In this document: in pieces, positions 54,856 to 64,000 of the stretch
Layout of the letters: each line of letters begins with the position of its first letter
How positions within the stretch are numbered: position 1 is the first letter of the stretch
DNA from: an uncultured Methanosarcinaceae archaeon
GTDB taxonomy: Archaea > Halobacteriota > Methanosarcinia > Methanosarcinales > Methanosarcinaceae
Direction of reading: 5' to 3'
Assembly: GCA_963847185.1 (NCBI GenBank)
Contig: CAWJYV010000005.1
Coordinates: forward strand, 61,216-125,215
DNA: 64,000 nt
Made by a program: the position numbers and the translations under genes
The notes under the pieces: generated by a model
The model's database searches: none
The model's input: the letters and a program-made list of their open reading frames with translations, nothing else
What the model was told of the DNA's origin: nothing

Positions 54856-55549
54856 TTTGTTTACTCCATCAATTGTGTATGAATTTACAAAGAATGCCTT
54901 TCATTCGATTTCACTCTCACGAATATTTGGATTCTCATCTAACCATTACCGGCTTAGAATTTTACTCACTATATCCCTAGTACAAACCTGTATCTGAGCT
55001 GTTGTGCGTATTGTCGATATCCTGAAAATTCTTCTTGCAGAATCCTATCTTCAAGACTCGTTCTCATCTCTCTTCAATTGGGAGGCATAATCTCAAGGAT
55101 TCTGCCCGGAAACAGGCTCAATAGAATATTGTAACTTATAGTTATGTTATAAATGATGGTTATCTTATAACTTTCGGTTATTTAATAGCCATTAGTTGAG
55201 TATTCGAATCTCCATTCTCTTTATCCTCCCCTGTTTGTTCACTTTTAGGGTGGTATACAACACGTCAAAAAGAAAGATACAAAATTTGCTACAACATTGG
55301 AAAGAATGGCGAATATCAAGAAATAGATCTTTTGAAGATTGATTTTAAGATACACTATGAAGTTGATTTTTTTGAAAGAGGTGGGACGGTAAGAAACGAG
55401 TGAACTAAGCTGGAAGAATTGTTGGTGGCATAATGCGACGAAGCTGAAAAATAATTTTTTTTGTTAAATCTTGCCACTATTGCCCTACTAATAAGATTGC
55501 TGATTAAACTCAGTCAAGAATTCTATCTTAGATTGGAATAGTAATCTCA

Positions 55550-55789
55550 ATTAGGGGCTTTCACCTTTAGTCGCTGAATGTAAGGTAATTAATTGTCTTA
55601 CCATTCTTCTTATGGATCTTCTGATACCGTGACATTGCAGCGGAAACGATAGTATATCGAATACCTGTCTTTTTTTCGATGTCGCGTGTAGTTAATGGTT
55701 CTTCTGAGCCGATAAGAGCATCTAATATTCAGAACTTTAGAAAATTAGTTTTATAAGAATAGCACTCGAAGAATAGCACTCGCAACCAT
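55550..55789 (-). pseudogene. Decayed wHTH DNA-binding protein
   Basis: ILDALIGSEEPLTTRDIEKKTGIRYTIVSAAMSRY with an internal TGA and a duplicated GAATAGCACTCG near the start. Confidence 0.55.
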
Positions 55790-56079
55790 ATTATCACCTA
55801 AAGTTTTATGTCATAATAAATATCTGATGCCACGATAATAAAGGTTTGTTCGTTTCAATATGTATATACCATAAAATGCCCTATACCATAAAATGTTATT
55901 TTCGGGATATGTTTGATCCCTCTACCTTTAATATATCCCGAACCTGTTTATGGGCTTCACAGAATTTGGGAGATAACATTTTGCCTTAGAAGGGACTAAA
56001 CGCTTGGCTGCGAGGCTTAGCGTGGGTTGTGTAATAAGTATGTAGAATAAATTTCACTTTAATAACTAACTATGTCTTA

Positions 56080-57213
56080 GAAACTTACGCATTTGCCTGC
56101 TTTGCAGGCAACTTTTTAATTTTTTCGATTTTTAGGTTAAGTATAGATTGGATTTCTTATAAATTGACTAACAGCATTTCTTGTAATGTTCAACTTTGTT
56201 TCAAACCATGTAATCCTGTTTTTATTCTTTGAATTTCAAATCTTAGAAATGCTCTTATTGCCATCATAATATGTCTCTCTGCACATTTTTTCTTCTTGCC
56301 TGACAGCGTTCTACTCCACAAAACTGTTTTATTCCTCTATGATACTCTTCAATTTTCCAGGCTTTTTTCCCTAACTCTTTCCTTTTTTCTTCTTGCATAT
56401 CCAGTACATCTGTAGCCCAGTATTGCGTGTCTCCGTCCGTGGAAACTATCCGAAATACCTTAATAAAGCCATATTCTTTCAGATGAACTGTCATTCCTTC
56501 TGGTGGAATAGTTAACAATTCAATTGCTACATTACCAGTCTTATCAGGGTTAACTAACCGGTTTTTCTTCAACCTTGTTAACCAGTGCCATCCTTTTTTC
56601 CTGATTGTCTTTGAGATTCTTTATGCTTGAATACCATGTATCAAACAGAACAAATTCTGGTCTAAAACCACGTTCTTCTGCCTTATTTAGCATATCAAGG
56701 AAGTGATCGTTTTTTGTTTTTCGTCAGTATCTATATCTAAATTCTATATCAACAGGAATTATAGCATCATAATATGCCCATACCCCTATTTAAGATTATT
56801 AGTCCGTTGTCAATCTGATGATGTTTACCACTCCATTGCCTGTAAACAAGATCGATGTGTTTGGAATAAGGTTTATCGAGAACAGTATCATCGATAATAA
56901 GAAAGCCAGTTTCAGGAATGACAAAAGTCTTGACTTCGTCCCATAAAGCCTCCGTTTCCGGAGGCTGCCTTAGAAGAAGACGAGAAAAAGAGTCATGAGC
57001 ATGGACTATTAGAGTCTATAAAACTGCACTTAGAAGCTTCAGTACAGCTGAAGACGCGAGAAGAAGCAATGAGAAAGTTGATATAATCAAGTTCAGTGCA
57101 TTTAGCAGGATTTATTTAATTCAACTCAAAGATTTTTTTTGATTATATTGCATATATTATATTAAAAGAAGTATTTTAATATGATTTACAAAATGCTTAA
57201 ACCGCGTAAGTTC
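56080..57213 (-). mobile_element. Decayed IS701-family insertion sequence
   Basis: Frameshifted transposase ~56137-57116: NPAKCTELDYINFLIAS, GFLIIDDT, FDTWYS and WKIEEYHRGIKQFCGVERCQAR. Imperfect TIRs AACTTACGC / GCGTAAGTT. Confidence 0.88.
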
Positions 57214-57368
57214 AATATTATTTACCAAGGAAATTTTGATTCTTCTTATTCCGATCATTATGTTCCGATGATTAATATTCTTATATAAATATTATAATTA
57301 CCTAATCAAAATAGATAACAGGAGTGAAAATGGGCTCAGCATTGAAATTTTCGAAGCCTTTTATTAGC

Positions 57369-57495
57369 GAGCCGATCCCAAAACTCAAAATTGCTTCTCT
57401 AAATCCCGTATTCCGAATAATCAATATAGTTTCATCATGAAAATAGTTATGAGATTTTACTGATTTGAGAATAAAATTGGTTTTGGGATGAGCTC
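57369..57495. mobile_element. ~127-bp MITE, copy 3
   Basis: Near-identical to copies 1 and 2; flanked by AGC/AGC, a possible 3-bp TSD. Confidence 0.88.
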
Positions 57496-57851
57496 AGCAA
57501 AAAAACAGAAAGCTGGCGACCTTATCCCACATAGAGTTTTTTGTAGTTCTATGGATAAGTGTACTAAAGGCTTTGTTTTTTATTAGTTCTCTTTTTCTTC
57601 TTCACTGAGACTTATAGGTAATTACCTTTTTAGCTGTATTTTACCCTCTAATTAGTTAACGAGGGTGTTCAATAAACCGCTTATATTATACAGGAGCTAC
57701 ATTGAGTACAATCCCATCCGTAATGTTTAATGTAAATACTAAAAAAGCGATTAGATTTATATCTCAATTAGATATTCTCCTGACTTTGTTTCCAATATCA
57801 TATATCCAGATTAATGACTAAGAGCTGTCAATTGGCGTATAATGAAATCGG

Positions 57852-57966
57852 GGTCGTGTACGTGAGTCATTGATCAAACCTGAAAAAACGAGTACGCATA
57901 CGGCGTTTGAGGAAAATACAAAGAGATCTCTGTGCTCATGGTTTTCAGTAACTCACGTACACGACC
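57852..57966. mobile_element. 115-bp MITE with perfect 16-bp TIR
   Basis: GGTCGTGTACGTGAGT ... ACTCACGTACACGACC; diverged homolog at 59790-59906. Confidence 0.8.
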
Positions 57967-58005
57967 GCTATTTTATTTTAGAATAGTTTTCTTTGCTAGC
58001 GTTAC

Positions 58006-58338
58006 TCACTCTATTTTAACATTCACTAAATGTACAGGGGTCTTTTTATAAGGTACTGTGACCTTAAGCAAACCATTTGAATAGTTAGCAACTGCTTTTT
58101 CAGGTTCTACCGGACAGCAAAAAACATAGCTATCCGCATATTCAAAATCACCTTTAGTGGCTCGTATATAAAAACCATCTTCACTGAGCTTGAAGGAGAT
58201 ATCCTTCTTTTCAACTCCAGGAAGAATTACTTCAACATTTACGTTCTCAATATTGTCGTCTGGATAGATACAAACATCTGGTGATAACCTCAACACGCCG
58301 CCCATAGTATTTTCTCCCGCCATAATATTTTCCTCCAA
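58006..58338 (-). CDS. Hsp20/alpha-crystallin family protein
   Basis: LPGVEKKDI and A.A.YSNGLLKVTVP. Confidence 0.88.
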   Translation of the reverse strand: MEENIMAGENTMGGVLRLSPDVCIYPDDNIENVNVEVILPGVEKKDISFKLSEDGFYIRATKGDFEYADSYVFCCPVEPEKAVANYSNGLLKVTVPYKKTPVHLVNVKIE

Positions 58339-58745
58339 ATGAAATTGCTAATTAGGATATTTATATTTTTGTGTTTATTTAAGTGAAGTGTTGACGTTAA
58401 AACGGCAACTGTAGTTTTTATTTTGAAATTGGTATTCCGACAATATCTAGTTGATATTATATAAGTTGACATTTATATAACTTCATGATATCTGGTTGAT
58501 TGAGAATAAAGTGTCAGGCGCTGGGGAACCTGACATAGCTGATAGATTGAATTAATCGAATAATTTGATTAAAAGCGTGCATCGGACAACCAATAAACAA
58601 TAGTATGGCAGATGACTAATTAACACTCACCATGCCTATAATTTCAAAAATTTTGAGAATCAGTAGAGCTCTAAAATCTGGATTTACGTTTGGAATCAAG
58701 TTTCTGGGTTGAAATCAAGTTTATTGACCTTGAGGAGGAGTTTCT

Positions 58746-59637
58746 GTAAGTAAAACTGCACTTAAATCATATATTACTTCAGGTCACAGTGCCTGTCCGG
58801 GTTGCTGTGACATTTTTGCTGCAAAATTCACACTGATGGGAGCAGGTCCCAACACCATAATTGTTAACCCCACTGGCTGTCTGGAAGTCACAAGCACACC
58901 CTTCCCGCTGACTTCTTGGCAGGTTCCCTGGATCCACTCGCTCTTTGAAAACGCAGCATCAGTGGCTTCAGGTATAGAAGCTGGTCTGAAAGCTCTTGGA
59001 AAAAAGAAAGATATCAAGGTTATAGCTATCGGAGGTGACGGCGCTACAATGGATATAGGATTTGGAGCTATTTCGGGTGCTTTTGAGCGTGGTCATGATT
59101 TCACCTATATTTGTATGGACAACGAAGCCTATATGAATACAGGAGTCCAACGCAGCAGTGGAACTCCCTTCGATGCCAGCACAACGACAACCCCGCCAGG
59201 AAAAATTTCCTTTGGGAACCCACTACCTAAAAAGAATATGCCTGCCATTATGGCAGCCCACGGATCTCCCTATGTAGCCACAACCTCAATAGGTTTCCCA
59301 CGGGATATGATGCGTAAAGTCAAGAAAGCCGCAGAAGTCGTGGGTCCTACCTACATCCACTGCACACGCTCCCTGTACAACAGGCTGGGGCTTTGACACC
59401 TCTAAGACTCTGGAAATTGCCAAGCTTGCAGTTGAGACCTGTCTCTGGCCCATGTACGAGATGGAAAATGGAGAAATCACCCTGGTTAGAAAGGTCAAGG
59501 ATCCAAGACCGGTCGAGGAATACCTCAAAGCTCAAAAACGCTTCAAACACCTCTTTACAATGGAAGGCGGCGAAGAAGAAATCAAGAAGATCCAGGCCAT
59601 GGCAGACTGGAACATAAAGCATTACGGGCTTCAGTGA
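58746..59637 (+). pseudogene. porB: Orphan pyruvate:ferredoxin oxidoreductase beta subunit (GTA at start position, frameshift near 59360)
   Basis: [30 protein letters not shown] and [13 protein letters not shown]; the shifted frame gives APCTTGWG...[13 protein letters not shown]. Confidence 0.88.
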
Positions 59638-59789
59638 AAACTGAAGCTTTACTTTTTTCTTCTTTTTTAGATTTTACCTTTTTAATATTATAATTTTTTC
59701 GGGATCTTACTTTTTCAAGGTTTTACTTTTCGTCTTTATTCTGTGTTTATCCAAATTAGGTCGTGTCCTTTAGTAATTGACGTATTTTT

Positions 59790-59906
59790 GGTTGTGTCCG
59801 TGAGTTATTGATCTATTCTGAAAAAGCGAGTACATCTTCAGCATCTGAGTAAAATGAAGAGAGGTTCTTATGCTTATGGTTTTTTCAATAACTCACACCT
59901 ACTACT
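59790..59906. mobile_element. Diverged copy of the 115-bp MITE
   Basis: GGTTGTGTCCGTGAGTTATTGATC ... AATAACTCAC; the interior aligns with 57852-57966. Confidence 0.7.
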
Positions 59907-60094
59907 GCTCTTTATTTTACTCGTTTTAATTGCGTTGTGGAGCCTTTCGGGATTATTTGGTCCACCTTATCCCGAGCGATAGCCTTGGCCTTTGTACGTG
60001 GCTTCTAGGTATATGTGCGTGGGGACGAGGGATAGAACCGCGCAGCCTTCAACAATTATCCCAGAAACCTGATATTAATGTCGAAGTCTTCGTC

Positions 60095-60580
60095 TCATAT
60101 ATTAATCAAATTGGGTTCTAATTTGATTACCCGAACAATATGAAAAGTAATTGTTCCAAATATCACAACCAAAAATACAGGAGTAAAGTATTCACTTAAT
60201 ATTTGAGCTTTTGATGTTTGGACTGTAATATAAGCGAATGAGATTGTTGACTCAAGTTTTAACAAAAGGAGCATGTTTTCAATATATTGAGATCCCTGCC
60301 TCCTTTTTTCGTAAGTTATTTTTACAGGCTGATTCCTCATTTTAGGACAAAACGACGCAAAAGTCAGCAGTATATATAAGAATACGCAAGCAAAGGCAGG
60401 GATAAATATAATACTGTTTTTATCACTCCAGCTATCTATCTGCCCTTGAAAATTAAAATGTGAAGGCATTTGTGCAGGCATCCGACCCCAGTTGATTGTC
60501 AAATAGGCAAGCAATGACAATAGAATTACAAGCGTAAATACCTCCAGAACGATTTGTATATTTGTGTATTTTTTTCCCAT
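60095..60580 (-). CDS. DUF1648-family membrane protein
   Basis: W..MP..MPSHFNFQGQIDSW signature; four TM segments. Confidence 0.85.
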   Translation of the reverse strand: MGKKYTNIQIVLEVFTLVILLSLLAYLTINWGRMPAQMPSHFNFQGQIDSWSDKNSIIFIPAFACVFLYILLTFASFCPKMRNQPVKITYEKRRQGSQYIENMLLLLKLESTISFAYITVQTSKAQILSEYFTPVFLVVIFGTITFHIVRVIKLEPNLINI

Positions 60581-60681
60581 GTCGTATATCCTATCAAACC
60601 AAATTTTCTTATATTATTTGTAATTTAGTTTTCTTGAGGTGGATATTTTTTTGCCAAATAGTTTTTATATCTAAAAAAGTT

Positions 60682-61167
60682 TTAGTATTGAAGCCTTTCC
60701 GCCAATAAATCGTTTTCTAGCATGGCGATATCTTTTTTTACATATTCTAATAATACCTTGCTCTTGGTTTTATAGTTCTCTGGGTCAAGGACGTAATTAT
60801 TTTGCTGGAGTATTTCAAGTTGTTTTCTTGTTTCTTCTGTTGCCAAATATTTGTACTTTGTGGCATTCTCAATATCCTGTATAGAAGGAATAGGTATCTG
60901 TATCCGTTCTATAAAATCATTTAGTGAATAATAGAAGAGGTTGAGACTTTCTCTTGTATCTCTTATTTTTTGCTCTGTTTCTATTATTGTGAGTATCTTT
61001 CCGGTTTTTTGCAATGATCTTAGTGACACTAGTAGTGTTGCTGCAGCTAATAGCGATGCGGTGGTAGATAGTAACGGTATGCTTCTCGCGTCTATTGGCA
61101 CAAGTAGGATGAGAAAACATAATAGTATGTCGAGAATCATTAAAAACACGAATCTTCTATCATTCAT
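60682..61167 (-). CDS. Hypothetical protein, two N-terminal TMs plus helical domain
   Basis: 161-aa ORF. Confidence 0.65.
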   Translation of the reverse strand: MNDRRFVFLMILDILLCFLILLVPIDARSIPLLSTTASLLAAATLLVSLRSLQKTGKILTIIETEQKIRDTRESLNLFYYSLNDFIERIQIPIPSIQDIENATKYKYLATEETRKQLEILQQNNYVLDPENYKTKSKVLLEYVKKDIAMLENDLLAERLQY

Positions 61168-61284
61168 TCTGTATCTTCCTTTACATTGTGTTTTTCTGAA
61201 GTCATTTAATATATTGAAACTACATATAAAAGTTATTATATAGGTATATTTAATGATTTAGAAAAGTAGAAAGCTCTTTAATCA

Positions 61285-61437
61285 TCCTACATTCCGCAGA
61301 TGTACAAAGATGTAAAATTTATTTACCAATTTGCCTTATTTTGTTTCATCGTTCCATTAAATGTGAATTCAATTTTTAACCTACTGCCACATTGAGAAAA
61401 TAGATGACGTTTTTGTGTACATCTGCGGAAAGTGGGA
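61285..61437. mobile_element. ~150-bp MITE-like inverted-repeat element
   Basis: TCCTACATTCCGCAGATGTACA ... TGTACATCTGCGGAAAGTGGGA; a related right end ACATCTGCGGAAGGTAGGA lies at ~25592-25610. Confidence 0.7.
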
Positions 61438-61902
61438 TCATTATCGTAATTTGTTTTTCAGACTGTGCTATTTTTTTCACCGGGATATATTTGGTCCCTT
61501 TGGCTGCGGACGATATCCCTGGTCTTTGTACGTGGCTTCAGGTATATGTGCGTGGAAATGAGGGATAAACGTACCGCATCAGCTTTCCACAACTATCCCA
61601 GAAGCTTGGCACATCCATTCACCGCTTTAATCGAACATGAATGTGTGGATATTCTCGGTCTGGAGTAATAAGAGAGATCATGTGCGATTTTTTCGACTTT
61701 ATTCCTGAACAGGACTTTATACTTTATGATTCGAGAAAATACATTATCATTAAAAAAGCATGAGAAAATATATAAAATGAAACCCGAAGCGTAGTCGCAA
61801 TTAGCTTACGAGCTCATCAAGAACGAAGCTTGACACATTATGACATAAAAGGAAAGTGTTTTTCTAATTTTTAATCAATTATTAGTTAATTGTTGCAATA
61901 CT

Positions 61903-62232
61903 TCATAATCGAGATAAAGCGTCATTTTGCGGTGCTATATCTAGCTTATCACTAACCTTCATAACAATTTCTTCCACATCAACTTCATCCCAAGCAACAA
62001 TTACAAAGTTTTCACGCGAGTCATCGAAGAAAATGAAGCAGCCTTCATTTATATTACACTTATCTATCTTTATCTCATTGACCTTTTCTTGATCCTCAGA
62101 ACTAGCTATTCTAAGGAAATGTGTATGCATGGTTTTTGACCAAACATGCCAGTTTTTCTCACTCACAGGATGCTTCTGTGAGTGTTGATGCAATTCATCA
62201 AGGTATTTTGTGTTGTTAAACGCTACTTGCAT
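61903..62232 (-). CDS. Hypothetical protein
   Basis: 109-aa ORF between repeat copies 5 and 6. Confidence 0.6.
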   Translation of the reverse strand: MQVAFNNTKYLDELHQHSQKHPVSEKNWHVWSKTMHTHFLRIASSEDQEKVNEIKIDKCNINEGCFIFFDDSRENFVIVAWDEVDVEEIVMKVSDKLDIAPQNDALSRL

Positions 62233-62902
62233 AATATCACTGGCTAAACTATTTCGAAGATGTTATTTAAAACCTTCTGTGTTTATTCAGACTGACTTCA
62301 ATCAGGCACTATAATTTGTTCCAAATCTCAGTAAGGCTGGAGACTACCCGCTTTAATTATGCTGTGAAGCTGTCAGGGATATATTTGTTCACTCCCAAAC
62401 AATAGCTCTAGCCTTTGTACGTGGCTTCCAAGTATATGTGCGTGGTTAGTATTTGAAGGGATAGATATACTGCGCCAGCCTTCCACAATTATCCCAGAAA
62501 CCTCTCGATGTTCCAGATCTGGAACATCGAGGAAAAATAATCGGATGGCTATAAATAAGTGATGATATAGAGTATTTATTTTACTTGTTTTAATTGAGTT
62601 GTATAACTGTCCGGGATTATTTGGTTAAGCTTATCCCAAGCGATAGCCCTGGCCTTTGTACGCGACTTCTAGCTACCCAGACACAGTACGGATGGAGTTT
62701 GCATTTCACGTTTATCCAGAAGATTATGACAAAAAAGAATATTGAATGTAGAGTCTTAGGAAAGGTTGGATTGTGGGGATAGAGGAAGAAGGAAAGGGAT
62801 TATCACTGCAGCCCTCAAAATTAACTTTTAGATCAGCTAAAAATGAAGGCTTAATTTAAGCCTCCTCTTTTTATTTTCCTTTTCTCTTCTTATCCTGTTC
62901 TT

Positions 62903-63010
62903 TTATTTTTTATCTGGTTCCTTAACTTCCTCAACTGGTTTTTTTATTTTGTCGTTCTTTTCCTTATCTGCCTTATCTCTTTTTGCTGCCTTCTGTTTCT
63001 TGGTCGCCAA
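62903..63010 (-). CDS. 35-aa Lys/Asp/Glu-rich small protein (TTG start)
   Basis: MATKKQKAAKRDKADKEKNDKIKKPVEEVKEPDKK*; AT-rich TATA-like sequence upstream. Confidence 0.5.
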   Translation of the reverse strand: MATKKQKAAKRDKADKEKNDKIKKPVEEVKEPDKK

Positions 63011-63305
63011 TTATGAAACTCTGAATGTCACTTTTTTACAAATTAATAATTATAAAACAGTTTATTATTATAAAAAGGTCATCTTTTCTCTATTAATTCA
63101 TAAATATTCAGGCAGCCTTTTAAGGTTCCAAACTTTTTCCATGAGAAAGTTTCTATATCTAATTGATGATGTCAATTACAATTACAAAATTATGGATTAA
63201 ATAAATTATAATTAGGAGTGGATAAAAATAGTAATTAAAGAAACTGATTTTAGTCGATTAAATGAAAAACTGGTTGATGATCCATCTGCAAAATTCTTCA
63301 TTTGC

Positions 63306-63575
63306 ATGCGGAACATTCCTGCGTATATAAAGAATGAAATGATTATGGAATGCCCTATACTCTCACCTAGTAATAAACTGGCAAATAATTATAGACGAGG
63401 TTTAATAGAGCCCTGTCAATTTTATACGAACTATTATAATGAAATGAAGAGTCCAATTTGTCAAGAATTAATGAAATCTATACTAAGTATATCTAAAAAC
63501 TATGATATTTATATTGTCAATATTAATAAAGACGCAAGATTATTGCTGGTAGATATATTGAAGAATATAAAATAA
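63306..63575 (+). CDS. Hypothetical protein
   Basis: 89-aa ORF; the frame stays open upstream to ~63222 behind AGGAG, so the true start may be lost or non-canonical. Confidence 0.5.
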   Translation: MRNIPAYIKNEMIMECPILSPSNKLANNYRRGLIEPCQFYTNYYNEMKSPICQELMKSILSISKNYDIYIVNINKDARLLLVDILKNIK

Positions 63576-64000
63576 AAATCAAGTATGTTTCCTCAAATAA
63601 GAACTTAAATTTACATGGTACATGGCTTAGTAGTAGAGTCAAATCCCCCAAAAAAATATTTTTTTAGAATCCAGGGTAGTTACAGCATCGCTGTCATGTA
63701 CTGCAAAGTCGCTATGTTATGTCTATTCCTAACATAGTAATGACCATCCTTTCTTTTAGCGTATATAGCCAACCGCTTGTTCATGTTTAATTCAAAATTT
63801 CCACCAGGGTTTTTTAGCCCCAGATGCTTCAATTGCCTTTTGATTGATTAGGCTCAGGACCTACTGCTCTCAGCTGGATCATTACTAAGTAGTTTTTGAA
63901 CTTCCAGACAAAATAAAAAATAATTATTCTAGTTTTTCAACTATCTTTTGAGTTTGTGGAGCTTCCAGACAATGTAAAACACATATCAAAAAGTTTTTTA

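Larger units (their letters stand above)
48550..62672 (+). repeat. Dispersed co-oriented repeat family, 7 copies (core TTGTACGTGGCTTC)
   Basis: Copies at about 48550-48670, 49577-49686, 50505-50546, 59911-60070, 61480-61604, 62352-62503 and 62574-62672. Confidence 0.9.

Noticed and set aside
59930-60121. Short ORFs overlapping repeat copies (48591, 48604, 50485, 59930, 61465, 62594)
   Set aside because: They are translations of the repeat. Starts, stops and frames are inconsistent between copies.
48550-62672. CRISPR array interpretation of the dispersed repeat
   Set aside because: Units are long and diverged, the gaps range from under 0.1 to over 9 kb and contain genes, and no cas genes are present.
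1-64000. tRNA/rRNA genes, integrase, reverse transcriptase or defence genes
   Set aside because: None was recognisable by eye; tRNAscan-SE and HMM searches are needed to exclude them formally.

Overview
This 64-kb window is archaeal DNA that most resembles Methanosarcina, judged from the gene set, the PEF/PGF-CTERM sorting signals and the long AT-rich spacers. About 1-42 kb is mostly housekeeping or conserved: TPR proteins, alanine dehydrogenase, cobQ, AMP phosphorylase, dph5/dph6, trx/trxR, a RimK ligase, cupredoxin lipoproteins, ALDH, acetolactate synthase, four tandem PEF-CTERM surface genes and uvrABC. About 42.6-64 kb is a plastic region with amt/glnK, small orphan ORFs, pseudogenes, a decayed IS701 element and several MITE families. 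Main observations: (1) seven co-oriented copies of a ~40-160 bp repeat (core TTGTACGTGGCTTC) separate unrelated small cargo genes from 48.5 to 62.7 kb, like a cassette array; (2) two tandem paralogous putative sRNAs with duplicated promoters lie at 3.2-3.7 kb; (3) a PEF-CTERM surface gene is interrupted by one in-frame amber codon, a pyrrolysine read-through candidate; (4) the ALDH has Arg at its catalytic Cys position. Many single-base frameshifts suggest assembly indel errors, so pseudogene calls are provisional. Product names come from motif recognition only; no database search was run.
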